Shown: positions 26,676 to 40,250, numbered from the stretch's first letter. The stretch: 64,000 nucleotides of DNA from Perna viridis (GCA_037379345.1 CM074523.1:1248525-1312524), one strand, 5' to 3'. The notes: a model not told the origin generated them from the sequence alone. Translations and numbers: made by a program.

Positions 26676-28198
26676 CACTAGAAGTTTTTGGATCAAGTAC
26701 TCAGAAGAGATACGTGAATGACGATAACATCCTTGACCGCCTCAATCACTACTACACAAACATAATACTCTTCATTTTTGTGGTTGTCATAGGAACACCC
26801 GAACTGGTAGGGAACCATATAGAATGCTGGTGCCCTGTTCATTTTGAAAATGACGATGAGGATGAGTATATCCGTGACGACAAAAACACGTATAATCTCG
26901 TCAATTACGTGAATTATCTCTGTTGGATTTCAAATACATATTATATTCCGATGTCGAAGCCCATTCCAGTGAATTACGAAATGAGATATAAGAACACCAT
27001 TTATTACTACCAGTGGACGCCATTGATCTTTCTAGTCATGGCGGCCTTGTTCAAAATTCCACGTGCTGTATGGAAGTATATATCTAACCGCAGTGGTTTC
27101 GGCATCAAGAAATTTCTTACAACTGCCAAAGACACACATAACGACGAAATGTTGTACGGAATAAGAAGGACTCACCAGGTCAACTTATTCAACGCTGGTG
27201 ATCCACCCATGGATGGAACGGAATTTTTCCCACCAGGAATAGAAATCGAAACCGAACGTCAGAAAACGCTGTCTTTTCTTGCAAGATACATGCATGAGTG
27301 GTGTAAAAACTCGAGGATAGAACGCACTGGTTTGTTTTGTAAATCGAGACAACATACGCAAGAACTTTTTGACTTCGGTGTTGGCAGACGTCATGGCAAC
27401 TTTCTGTTGTTTCTTTTGATAATTGTTCGGTTTATGTACTTTATTAATGCAGTGTTCCAGCTTGTCCTTCTCAATGAGTTTTTGACTGATAAATTTTACA
27501 TATACGGATACAAAGTCATTTCTGATATTTTGGCGGGAAGAGATTGGTCATGGAATCACGCGAGATTTCCAAGGGTCACTTTGTGCGATTTTGACCTCCG
27601 ACAAAAATCAAACGTACAACGTTATACTCTGCAATGTGTGTTACCAATTAATTTGTATAATGAAAAGGTTTTCGTTTTTCTTTGGTTCTGGTTGACGTTT
27701 ATAGTTGTAATATCGTTTTTAAATCTCGTTTTTACACTGATTACGGCCTGCTACAACAGTCCACGCGAAAACTTTATTTTAAAATATCTTAAATTGAATG
27801 AAATTCCTCTAGAATCCAACCCGAAAGTATCAAATGCTGTCAAAGAGTTCATTTATGGTCATTTAAAAAGTGACGGTATTTTTCTTTTACAACTTTTGTC
27901 AAATAATGCCGGAAGTGCTGTCACAATGGACGTTGTGCGCCATCTATGGAGCAACTTCTACGAGGACTACCGGAAAGATGTTCATACAAGAAGACAATCG
28001 TTTGCTTCAAGTCAAAGTTTGTTGCTATCAAGATCTCTTGCACACAATTCGGGATTAACACATCGAAATAGTAATGGTAATTTTCACCACGCCCCCGAAG
28101 TATCGGGTGACCCGTTTCAGAACCAAAGAAGTCGATTCCTTCATACTGAAGTTCGCAATTCGTTTATATCTACCGGAAGTGGTGGGTCATTCGTTTGA
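26665..28198 (+). CDS. inx: Innexin (gap junction protein) 1, main coding exon
   Basis: Long ORF with 4 hydrophobic segments, CWCP/CW, YYQW, FPRVTLCDF, QCVLPINLYNEK and LWFW. It stays open from the acceptor (LDRTLEVFG...), so the GTG start in the ORF track is not the real start. Confidence 0.95.
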
Positions 28199-28488
28199 AC
28201 GGAGAGCGAAGAATTAAGGACGAATGAATATTTTACCTAAACTTGACAGTAGGCATGTATTTATATGGAGAAAAAACAAATTGTATTTATACGGAGAAAA
28301 AACAAATTGTGCAAAATTTGCTTAAATCTATAAGTTAATGTTATTCATATCAGGCTCAGAATCACGTGCAGCTCCTTAAATGCTTATTTATATTGTTTAA
28401 ATGTAGCCCCATCCCTTACTTGAAGTTGTGAAAATCCTTTCGCAGATTTCATTCTCTGTTTTGTGAAATACAATTTGTATGACGAACA

Positions 28489-28943
28489 TGGTACGATTTT
28501 AACGTGACGATGGAGTCTACAAATGTATGTTGGTACTGTTTTAACGAAACGATGGAATCTCTGTTGATACGATTTTAATGTAACGATGGAATCATTGTTG
28601 GTACTATTTTAATGTAACGATGGAATGTCTGTTGGCACGATTTTAATGTAACGATGGAATCATTGTTGGTATTATTTTAATGTAACGATGGAATCTCTGT
28701 TGGTACGATTTTAATGTAACGATGGAATGTCTGTTGGTACGATTTTAATGTAACGATGGAATCATTGTTGGTACGATTTTAATGTAACGATGGAATCATT
28801 GTTGGTACTATTTTAATGTAACGATGGAATGTCTGTTGGTACGATTTTAAAGTAACGATGGAATGTCTGTTGGTACGGTTTTAACGTAACGATAGAATCT
28901 CTTTTTGGTACGATTTTAACGTAACGATGAAATCTCTGTTGGT
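28489..28943. repeat. Minisatellite, 34-bp unit (TGTTGGTACGATTTTAATGTAACGATGGAATNNN), ~13 copies
   Basis: Head-to-tail copies with no spacers. Confidence 0.95.
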
Positions 28944-29499
28944 TGATAAGGAAAGATTAACAAACATATTTGCTTTTTTGGAGTTTTTTTGTATATTTAA
29001 TATTTTTTTTGTTTGTTTTTGTTTTTGTTTTTTGTTTTTGTGTGTTTTTTTTTTTTTTTTTTTTTGCTTCTGTTCGACACTTCATCAAACAAAAAGAATG
29101 GAATAATATTACACTGATTATCTCTCACTTTGCCCCCTTTTTGCCACCCCCTTTTATTTAATTCCCCAGTTTTAGTTTCATGTTTTTCATGTTGATTTGC
29201 ATTGCTTTTTTACTATTCTCTTATTTTCTGAGTTAAATGAGATTAACGTCATCATGAATTATTTTGTAATCATTAACTGTTGTTATGGGAACGGACCTCC
29301 ATAATTTTATAACTTGAGTCCAATCCCCTTGCTTATACTTTTGAGCAAATAAATGTTTAAACTGAAGAGAAAGTGTAAACGCGTATTTAATTGCGGATGG
29401 ATTGGGGCGCAAAATTTGTTTCATTGATAAAAAAAGGGATAGAGGTTTAAGTTGGCTTTTTGTTTTCTACTTAAAATTATTATCCTAATGGATTCTTTT

Positions 29500-29655
29500 C
29501 GGTGAACATGGTCCATGCTTCCAGTTTTTAGTAGAGTCCGAGTTGCTCATTTACTTTTGTTACTTTGTATGTATGATTTTAGTTACTTTATGTTCTTGTT
29601 GTGAATGTCTGTTTTCCATGTCTGGTCTTTGTCCCTGGATTACATTCTTTTGATG
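29500..29655 (+). mobile_element. Penelope-like 3' fragment
   Basis: GGTCCATGCTTCCAGTTTTTAGTAGAGTCCGAGTTGCTCATT... Confidence 0.75.
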
Positions 29656-29997
29656 TCCATACGAATACTTGGTTATCAGTGTATGGCTCTCTGTGACATT
29701 GCATCACAAATGGGATTGATATACTTTTTAAGTGCGCATGTGATTGAGTCGTTTAAGAATTAAGGATAAGCGACTAAATCCAGCACTTGCCTGGTACATG
29801 TAACTGTACAACTGAATTGATCGCTTCTATATTATACTACACGATTCTGAATACCATAAAGATGGTTTGGCAGTTGATTTTTATGATTATCTGAGTAAGT
29901 GACAGAAGGTTTAATTTAGCAAACATTAGTTCTATTGTCCGCACAATTACTTGAGTATAAATTGTGTGGGTCTCTATGAAATCGTACTACTAACGTA

Positions 29998-30240
29998 AAT
30001 CTGAAACCTACGACGGTTGTGACACGAATTCTGATACCTATCGAGGGTTGTGACTGGAATTCTGAAACCTTCTGAGGGTTGTGACTGGAATTCTGATACC
30101 TTCTGAGGGTTGTGACTAAAATTTGGTACTTCCAAGGATTCTGACTAAAATCTGGTACATCCAATGATTCTGACAAGAATTATGATACCTCCCAATGGTT
30201 ATGACTAGAATTCTGATACTTCCAATGGTTTTGACTGAAA
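29998..30240. repeat. Minisatellite, 30-31 bp unit (GAATTCTGATACCTTC..GGTTGTGACT)
   Basis: About 8 diverged tandem copies. Confidence 0.85.
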
Positions 30241-31170
30241 TCGATCTATTAGTTTTGGGCTTAAAGGGGCAAAAACATTGTACTTGTGTTCATATATAGT
30301 TACTTGAATATATTAAGTATACAGATCTCTATTATATTGTACCTCTAGCTATAGGTTCTAATTTACGACAAGAAATGGGGGCTATGACTGAAACCGTGTA
30401 GGAAACTGAAAAAGAAAACAACTACCTACTACTGTCTTTACAATAAATTTAAGTATAAGTGTGAGGATAGTTATAAAAACTGTATCCATAAAGGTTTGGC
30501 TGCATGGGACTATTGATATCACTGATTGCCTTTAAAAACCAACAACAAAATTTCATCAAATTCTTTTTGGGTGGTTTAGGTTGACTTATTAATATGCTTA
30601 CAGACAAGATAATTCCTGTTCATCTCTAAGGAATGTTAGGAGATGTATAAGAATGTCCATATATCGTGTAAACACATTTACTCCACCGAAAACCACTAAA
30701 GCTATTTTGATGAAACTTTATGGGTGGTTTCTAAAGGCATCATATATAGATATGAAGCATGATTATATTGATGTATTCAGGAGAATTGAGATAATGTAAA
30801 CTTAAGTGTTTTACATTTTGGAAACAGGAATTGTTACACACAATTTAATTCCAACAAAAATCAAATTCTAGTTCATGTTGAAAGCAATTAATGGTTTCAC
30901 TCATTAAATTCAGAGTTCTACTTAGGAATGAAGTCTTCAAGTATAATAACAAATATTGAAGCCATTCTGGTCAAATTCTTAGTCCACATCAAATAGATGA
31001 TTACATGTACATTCTAAATGGAGAGTATTTGGTATCAAGCTTAAATATTGGTTCCATACTTGCCCAAACTGTTAGACATCGATTTAGAGTCGTACTAAGC
31101 TGCGTCCGCGAGGCTTAATCTTAATAGTATACCTTAACTCAGACTACGTGTACAGCTTTCTTTATTTCAA

Positions 31171-31253
31171 ATCTGTTCCACGTGCCTCTCCATCTAATCT
31201 CTGCTCCACGTGCTTCTCCATCTAATCTCTGCTCCACGTGCTTCTCCATCTAG
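31171..31253. repeat. 3 x 28-bp tandem repeat, each copy with CACGTG
   Basis: TCTGCTCCACGTGCTTCTCCATCTAATC x3. Confidence 0.85.
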
Positions 31254-31589
31254 TCAAATGATTGTGTCACAGTTAGTTTTTTATTGTCTGTGCATATTTG
31301 CACTCGCGAACGTTTAATTGTGTTTTGCTACAATATACTTTTTAAAAAAAAAAAAAAAATCTGACTACTTAGTTGATGAAGAATTCACCTGTTAGAGATT
31401 AAGGTTACTGGTGCCAAATATCTTCTGTTATTTTTGTGTTCACAAAAGAAATGTGTAAAACATCGACAGATCAATGGTCGAGAACCTGCCGATCAATTTG
31501 ATGAAAGATCAAGGGAGGTTCCTAGAGGCAGAATTGTACAAATAATCAACTTGTATTTTCGTCAGTACAAGCATTTTGGATTTGATTTC

Positions 31590-32067
31590 TTAAAAGAGGA
31601 ACGGGGCCTTTCATCACTTTTTTGTCGATAATAGACTTTTTATCCACTTTATTAAAATATGTACACGTTGTATATTCGTTATTGACAAGGAAGGTGAAAT
31701 TGTATATTCAAAACAAAAGTATACTCTGAAAAATCAGTTGATTAAAACCTTTCAAATGTTGTTATCTTGAAAGAGTGTTGAATGTTTCACATTACTGAAA
31801 AATGAAAATAAGGGGTCAGTGAATTCGATTTTTAACAACGATCAAGTAGAAAGCTCAAATTCAACAAATATTGTGGTTTTTAGTCGTATTATCTCCCTTT
31901 ATTATACATGAACTAAAATTTGAAGATCCATAGGCAATATAAACAAAAACTTGTTGTTAACTTAAAAACATCTAAACATCTAGGAACTTATACATTTCAT
32001 TTTTTTTCTATCGTGTCCCATTCAATGAAAGTAAGACCTAAGTGACTACCACCGTGTCTCCTCTTAA
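31590..32067. mobile_element. Possible TTAA-flanked non-autonomous DNA transposon (Kolobok-like)
   Basis: TTAA-AAGAGGAACGG ... CCGTGTCTCCTC-TTAA. Confidence 0.4.
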
Positions 32068-32259
32068 ATAGACAGTTTGGATAGGACTTTTTGAATATGA
32101 ATTATACTTTCCTGATAAAAAATGTTTGAAAGTACCTCATTTGGAAAAAAATGCATGCACCAGATCGACTTAAAAGAATATGGTGGACGGCTTATTGCAA
32201 TACAAATGCATATAATGCAAGACAATTCACGCTCGCACGACTGTTAAGCTATCAATAAC

Positions 32260-32396
32260 CAGTGGCGTAGCTACAATGTATTTCATGAATCCAAGGCTTC
32301 AACATGCTTGTAATAGAAACAAACCAAAATCAATCCCTCCCCCTTTTCTGTGCTATATAAGGCTTCCACATTGATTTGATCCTGTCTATGCCACTG
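32260..32396. mobile_element. CAGTGGCG-type MITE with 5-bp TSD (ATAAC)
   Basis: ATAAC|CAGTGGCGTAG...CTATGCCACTG|ATAAC. Confidence 0.7.
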
Positions 32397-34309
32397 ATAA
32401 CCTTCTACGTTACAAATCGGCCCGGGAAATGTCTGGCAATGGTAAAATAGAATTCACTTTAAAATTCACATGTTTTCAATATACATGTACATTTTTCAGT
32501 GACATGTTTGTATCTTTCTCAAACGAAAAAGCTTATCAAAAACGTTGATTTACACAAAACAAACAAACAAACTAAAACAAAAAACAAACAAACAAAAAAC
32601 AAAACAAAACAAACTTAGAATTGTGTAGATATAACACAGCATCTTCACAAATCCATTTTAAGCTCGGTTTTAATTACCTCTGTTTATTAATTTTCCCATC
32701 CCGAGCCCCTGCTATCTGCCATCAACCTCTGTACGGTAAGCAGTGATCCTTATCAAATATCTAACTAATTGTTCGGGTCCGGTAATCATAATTCCGTGTT
32801 CAAGTGTTTTTCTTTAGTTTAAACATTTTAGTATGTAATTTGGGAATGTTGGATACTTGAAAATGCCTTATGCGACATTGTGAGTATTTTTTGCTTTTCT
32901 AAATTTATGGTATTGATATTTTCTGTGTTATATTATTCTACAACTTGTTAATTGGATTTGAAGATAAGCTCTCGCGTCTGATGCTGAAGTGATTGTTGGT
33001 TTATGAAATACTCCTCCATAATTTGTAAACTTGGCGTATGTTCTTCTTACAGAAACATGCAAATGATCATTGATTACTTCACGGAAAAAAACTTAATTGA
33101 AATTATTCTTTGAAGACGGATATTTTGTTAATGTAATTTTGTCTAATGGTATATAACCGACAAATTCCATGTTTCTGGTTATGGTGGCGTAAATATAATG
33201 AAAGTCCGAGCGAAGCCAGGGAAAATGCTTCAGGTAGAATTTGTGCAAAGTCAAGATTTCATAAAAAAAAATTTTTTTTCCAATTTTAGGGGGTTGTATA
33301 CGCCCGATAACATTTCCTTAGATTCCTGCCGATGGATGTATACACGTCTTCCTTTCAAATAAAGAGAAATAATATTGAGTTGCAGAAGCAGGAATTAACG
33401 CGGAATTCCTTCTTCATGTATACAATTTGCATGCTTCTATTTAAATGTAAACAAATAGTTGAATAAAGAATTGGTGTTTTGTATCGATTACACAAATCCG
33501 AAGTCAATTGCAATAGTTTTTTTACGAAAACTTGTTCAGAAACTTGCATAAAGTTATAGTATTCTCTGCAGATTTTTCTGCATTGCTTTTAAGTAGCAGT
33601 CCTTACATTTTGTATGTAAAAAAGACAGGAAGTGATTCACGCATGTCAAAAACCCACTGAACTCACTTTTATTTATTGTTAAAAAACAGTTACTGATCAC
33701 ATTGAGATAAATATTACATAGATTGCACATGAAATTGGCACTTTGCAAGAGTTATCGTTCTTTATTTTGTTTAAATTGGTTGATTTTGGTGAGAGATAAA
33801 TGTATGATTTTCTTAAAAGTATAGATATGAATATGGAAAAGCCATTGGTAAAATAAAAATATAACATATGAAGATTGAAAAAGCATCATATGTTCGGTGG
33901 GTTTTCTTAACCATGAATAACTTTAATTTTGGCACATTCTGAATTTTATATGGACTGGTACTTGAAAGTAGAAAGAAATTATCTGAAAAGAAAATATAAG
34001 CACCACCTTTAGACATTTGTGTCAAAGACTACCGATTTTTTGTCAATTTAAGATACAAATATTTGTGTTAAAACTTAGTGTCAAAAACTAGCCGAGTAAG
34101 AACAGACCATCAGTAAACAGGTATTCACAAGTATCGTCTGGGAAACGTATTGCACTGATTAAGTAAAGTGCTTGCATACATGTATAATCTAATTTCCGAT
34201 AATTTATTGTACCCGTAAGTTTTGTTCCAATTACCATCTTTAATTCTTCGCTCATTTCTGTCTGAGTCACACAGCATCAAAGAAACACAGTTGTTCGGGA
34301 GTATATACA

Positions 34310-34680
34310 GTTACGGGTTCGGTCTCCACCAGGTAGTATGGGTTCGGTTTCCACCAGGTAGTACGGGCTCGGTGTCCACCAGCTAGTACGGGTTCGACCT
34401 CCACCAGGTAGTACGGGCTCGGTCTCCACCACCCGGTGGTACGGGTTCGGTCTCCACCAGGTAGTACGGGCTCGGTCTCCACCACCCGGTAGTACGGGCT
34501 CGGTGTACACCAGGTAGTACGGGTTTGGTCTCCACTATCAGGCAGTACGGGTTCGGTCTCCACCAGGTAGTACGGGCTCGGTTTCCACCAGGTAGTACGG
34601 GTTTGGTCTCCACTATCAGGTAGTACGGGTTCGGTCTCCACCAGGTAGTACGGGCTCGGTTTCCACCAGGTAGTACGGGC
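34310..34680. repeat. GC-rich minisatellite, 25/28-bp unit (GTACGGGYTCGGTCTCCACCAGGTA)
   Basis: About 14 tandem copies; explains the overlapping repetitive ORFs. Confidence 0.95.
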
Positions 34681-36394
34681 TTGTTTTGTGTGTGTTGTTC
34701 TGCATTGCTTTTCGTCCGTAACACAAGGAACTAGTTTTCGATGTAGTGTCACATGGTAGATATTGCATGAGTAATTATTTTCAACTCAGTATAGGTTTAC
34801 ATCTTTAATAGTCACTAGAATACATACAGGTTATCATAATCCATATCATTTTAAAATCAAAAGACAATATCTATATAACTGATTGGTTCGAGAGCTAACC
34901 TTTAACCCCTTCGGTTTTTTTTAATAGTGACATTAGTGACGATAAAGGAACCCTTTGTGTAAAATAGCAGATGTTTAGCATTTTTAGAAACTAAGATACA
35001 TTAACTACTTTGACTTGTAAATGGCTATGTAACAATACATGTATAAATAGTGTATGTCGTTCTACATCCCATAACCAACTGTTTTTTTCGAGTTATTTAT
35101 ACATTAACTCCAAGAATGAATATACATCATAATAGAAAAAAGAAGTATTAAGCATCGTTGACTATATTGTTACGTATTTCAATATAATAGTGATTCATAC
35201 ATTTTTGTATATGTAGCGACTACCACTATTTTTATTCTTTACCAGTGGTATAAATGCCATAAACAATTCAGTAAAATCTATTAATATCAAATCTTCATTT
35301 CTAAAGACCGTTCCTGTAACTTAAAGCTAAATAACTTCATTGAAACCTGTCCGATGCATTGCGGTGGAGATCGAACAAAACCTAAGCTCCATTTGTTTTC
35401 TCACAACGAAATAGGAATCACCGATGCGTTGCTGTATGGAATTGTCATAGTATTGATGTTTCTGCTATAAAATTAATGTAAACAAATATTCCATTAATAT
35501 AGTTAGTTCTTGCATCGACTGTTGCAGTATTCTCATTAGTACTTGGTTCAAATAAACTGTAAAAAAACGATAACCGGAAGTAATGATGGGAGACAACCAG
35601 AGCATAAAACAAACCATATTGATATAGAAGTATATAAAATAATATGACTGTCCTTCGTCATCGTATTCTGTGTATCCATTGTAATCATTGTTATTTATGT
35701 GCCCCTCTAGAATCGCTTGGGTTGGAATAAAGCATCTTCTAGGATTTTAGAGCAACAAAAGGTGCGAACATTTACGGTGAATTCGTTACATCTTCCAGTT
35801 TTTCCTCTGTCTGTGTATGATGTTTTGTTTTGTTTTGTTTTTTTGTTTTGTATTTTTGTTTGTAAGTTTCTTTTACTTTGTCTTAGTTCTTAGAACAATA
35901 TGTGTAAGATTTAACCGTGGTTATCAAGGCTGACCGTAATCATGGGATGGATGATCCCCTTTTGCAGCACAAAAGCGTTAAAAACTGTTTAACTTGCAAA
36001 ATGGCATTCGTTAATTACTGTCACAGTCGTAAACATTTTGTCCAAATTGCTCTCCTGCAAATTCAAGAAAAATATTTGGCTACGATTCTGGGTTGTTAAA
36101 TGCAGAAAATATGTCAAAACTCCGGTTGGCTTCATATATTTACATGCACTTGCAAATGTAACGTCGTGTGAAATTCTTGTGAATCGAACTTCATGTGAAA
36201 TTCACGTGTACTTCACATTTATTAACGTAATTTTCACTTGAATTCCACTAACATGAACTTCATGTGAAAATTTCACATGAATTCCATGTGAAGGCTCAGT
36301 TCAATCGAATTTCAGTTGAACCCCGTCACAAATTTAAATGTCTTAATTCACGTAAAAATCAAGTGTAATCCGTGTGAATATGGTGTGAAATAAT

Positions 36395-36768
36395 TAGTGG
36401 CGGGTCCCGAAGGAGTGCAGGGCATTGGCACCAACTATTTATTAGAAAATTTGTCATTTTCATGTGTAAAAGTGACAAAAACTTGCCAGTACAATGCACT
36501 GTTATTTATCTTAGTTTCAAATAAGAACATGAACATTATTAACAAAGCTTCCAAAACACTGATAGTTGAGAACGTTTTAGGTCAATGTACCTAAAATCAG
36601 GGGCGAATTCAGACAGTTTGAAAAGGAGGGGGCAGCGATGTTCCTCAGAAGAAGGGGGGTAAAAGGTCATTATTTGCCATTTTTTTCTCAATTTTAAAAA
36701 TGAAAATGACCAATTTTCCAATAAAAAGCAATTGCCAACCCCCTGCACACCCTCTGGACCCACCAATG
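36395..36768. mobile_element. MITE with long TIRs (AGTGGCGGGTCCCGAAGGAGTGCAGGG ... CCCTGCACACCCTCTGGACCCACCAATG)
   Basis: Inverted ends; the ORF track shows mirrored GPEGVQG peptides on both strands. Confidence 0.7.
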
Positions 36769-37757
36769 CTAAAATCGTGTATTTCCTTTATCAAATCCAA
36801 GTACATATAAAAGATCTCTTTATTAATATTTATTTATATCTTAGCTGCGTCTTATATATCTATTTAAAATGTCAACAAGACATTTGTAGCAAAACATTCA
36901 AGTATTTATTTTAACTGCGAGTAAATTGGATCAAACATTTCTCTTTAATGAATAGTCTAAAATTTTATTTGAAACCAGCACGCTTCAATTGGATACGCAG
37001 TTAATTGTTTGCATTTTAATATCAAACGTCATTCAATAAACAAACCAGACATCAGTATAATAATTGATTAGTATCGTACTGAGGTAATTGTAATTAATCT
37101 TCGGTTAATACACGAAAGAGGGTCTATTTGGGGGTTTTGTTTTCAATTCTAGTAGAATTATATTGATTGGAATTCAACCAAACTTGACGCACCGAGATGT
37201 GAACATTTAGAATATATTTTTAAAAATCAAACTTTAGGGTTACATTTAATATAGTTTCGGGGATAATCAAAATTTCTAGATGAATTGAGATGTTTTTGTT
37301 TATGTGACGTTAATTTGGCGTAGCGGGTCCAAAGAGGGGGTCAAGCCAAGGCCCCTCCTTTTGTTAGAAAATATAGTGCAAATGATAGCCTGGAATCTCC
37401 CCTTTTGTACATTTCTGGATCGGAACCTTTTTTTCTATATGTCGACCTAGTTGCCGGTTGATTCGTTAGGTTCCGACCATTTTATTAGCGAGGTGATGGG
37501 CTGGGTTCTTTTTGTAAAATAATAATGTTCCAAATTTGGAAATTTGGAACAAAAAACTTTAACTCATTACTCATCCATTAATTAAAGATTTAATTTCCCT
37601 ATACTTTCCCTACTACTTAACAACGCCTTTTTTTTTCAAATCAAAACATTTATTCCAATTGCTTTATACAAATTTTGCGCATGCACGAAAAAAATCTTAT
37701 CCGACATAAAAACGTCGGGCTAATCCGCTGAACTGGCCGCCAAGGAATGTGCCTCAT

Positions 37758-38017
37758 CAGGGGGCAAGTAGAGGGCGTAATGGGCGTACGTCCCCTTTTA
37801 AAAGAACAAACAAAAAAAAAACATACAACAAAAACCAAAAAAGTATCGTAATCTGCTAAATATTGTATTGAATACAGCAATTTATCATTCAATTATTAAA
37901 CGTAATAGTATAATCTGATTTCCTTAATATACATGTACCTAATATACATGTACCTAATATACATGTACCTAAACTCGTAATTACACCTCCCCTCATTAAA
38001 TTCTGGATCCACCCATG
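37758..38017. mobile_element. CAGTGGCG-type MITE with 5-bp TSD (CTCAT)
   Basis: CTCAT|CAGGGGGC...CTGGATCCACCCATG|CTCAT. Confidence 0.65.
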
Positions 38018-39026
38018 CTCATAAATTGGTTGTTTAAGAATACTTGTAAGGGAGCCATTAGACAGTTTTTTTTGCATTTCAAGTATAACTTTGCATAAGA
38101 TGGATTCCCCAATGAATGCACGACCCGTCTGATTGATGTGATTGCGTAATGCTTATTATTAATGTCATTTCATGCAGCTGTCTGTTTCTACCCCCTTTTC
38201 CCAAATGTTATAAATCAAGGCAGCTGTATTCGACTTTAAAATTTGTAGTTTATCTAAAAATTGTGTGCTTTCTTTTATTTATTTTTTTTTGGGGGGAGAG
38301 GGGTGTTCACGAGTATTCTCACTTAAAATGTTCAATTTTCATGTACATTTCGGACGTTTTGAATATTTAAAGATGCATATATGTAGCTTAACATTTCTCG
38401 AAATGCTCTTTTTACAGACAACAATATCAGGACAAATACTAGTCATGTACCTTCCAAAGGTTACTTAAAATAACCTAAGAACCCGGATTCAGGTGACCAT
38501 AGTGTTGGAACCCCTTTTTTGTTCGAACATTTTTATTGATTTTATGCCTTTTGGTGGTAAAAAATTACATATATATCCTGGAACCCACCTATTTTCTAGA
38601 ACCAACCTCTCTGTATCCACTACTGTTAGAACATATACATATAATACACATCCCAAAAAGAAGGGGGGTATCATCAGGATTCAGGGTGAACGAGCCCTGA
38701 CATATTCCCACTTGACACAATATCTTATAAGCAACGAAATACCTTGTATTTTAAACCCTCTGTTAGAAATACCATAATAAGTTTAAATGGTATTGTATGT
38801 GGTTTAAATCTTGTGTGTTTACATTTTTGTTTACCTTAGAAGGACCTTTTCATCAGTTCAGCTGTTCTTTTCAAAAAGTTTTCAGTGTGACGATTGGTTT
38901 TTGTTGGCGATCTTTACCGATAATTGCCGAAGGCGGAGAGATTTTGGCAAGTACAAACACTCCACCATATTAATTTCACAATAACAATGTGATCACTCAG
39001 TAAATGATCGGATATAAACAAAAACA

Positions 39027-39043
39027 ATGGTTCTTGTGAAAAT
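39027..39043 (+). CDS. Innexin 2, putative coding exon 1 (MVLVK + 2 nt)
   Basis: AAAACAATGG start context and AT|GTAAGT phase-2 donor; joins 43818 to give MVLVKILDKVLG. Confidence 0.65.
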
Positions 39044-39949
39044 GTAAGTATTGTGTTTCATCGAAAATGCGGCTTATTTCAGGCGGGTGTATGTGCCATA
39101 AGTCGCGTGACTTAGATCGTCTGCTTCAATCTAATTGTAAAAAATCAAAATATTCCAACAGACGTTCGAGTTATTTCTGGAAGAACGCTGTAAACAGAAT
39201 GAACAAGATGTTGGTTTAAGAATCACGAACTCTGCAAGATCTCTCCCTAGAGAAAATAAGTTTTGAAGATGTTCGTTTTTATGCCAAGTATTTAACTATG
39301 AAGTGTTAAACAAGATGTTACTAACAGATATAAAGCAGAACTATGTGACCTCATTGACCTGTAGCCGTAACAATATGAAGTATGGGGTGTTAATGGGGAT
39401 TCAGAGGCGTACGTCGGTTGGTTAAAAGTGGGAAGAGAGGTGTCACATTTTCAAATTAAAAAGCCATGTTTACCCGGTTTTTTTTCGTGGTGTGTATGGT
39501 GTTAATGTTAAAAGGGAGTTACAAACCATCGCTTTAGAGAAAATGTTTAACAAGACTACATGTACATGTATATTCGTTGGCAACAACCATCTAACCAGTT
39601 CATATGGTCTCCCTCATTGCTTTATAACTACCATGGCGGCCGAGTATGCACAGAGCTCTTGGCTGGTATATTTTAACAACAAAAGCCAAGATGCTCACAA
39701 TTCCAGGCGGGTTACAAAATAAAGAGAATTGTCACTAATCTACAGTTTATTACGATCATACAGAAAATACACGTTACAGAATAAAAAGTTATTCTGACAT
39801 AAGAAAATTTCGCTAACATATGTATATGTATACGGTGTGTTCAATCAAATTATTCTCCAAAAGTTCTCAAATTCCTTAATACGGATTGGATCCACATTAC
39901 ACGGTTGAAGAACACAACAGACAACAAGTGAGGGATTCTCCATATAGCG

Positions 39950-40250
39950 ATAGCTTCCTGTAGAGGCAAGTTATACTATCGTCAACAATATACAATCTGC
40001 AACCTCGGACTAAAGTCCAGCACCTCGGATCATTGTCCGGAACACAATAACTTCCTGATAAGACAAGTTATACTAACGTCAATAATTCACAATAACCTCG
40101 GACCACAGTCCGGCACCTCGGATCATTGTTCGGAGCACTATAACTTCCTATGACGGCAATTTATAATAACATCAACATTTCACAATAACCTCGGAACATA
40201 TTGTCCGGAATACAAATACTTCCTGTTAAGGCAAGTATACATCAAAACGT
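39950..40250. repeat. ~95-bp tandem repeat, ~3 copies
   Basis: CTTCCT..GGCAAGTTATACTA.CGTCAA...ACCTCGGA recurs at 39954, 40051, 40144 and 40219. Confidence 0.75.

Noticed and set aside
26619-26716. ATG inside the acceptor repeat, or GTG 26714, as the innexin-1 start
   Set aside because: The ATG at 26619 is out of frame and ends at a TAG; the reading frame is open upstream of the GTG to the splice acceptor.
27179-27242. Innexin-1 loop insertion as a cryptic intron
   Set aside because: The GT...AG candidates are 58 and 64 nt, so removal would shift the frame.
28489-28943. CRISPR-like look of the 34-bp repeat (also the 33- and 65-bp arrays)
   Set aside because: No unique spacers, no cas genes, eukaryotic context; these are minisatellites.
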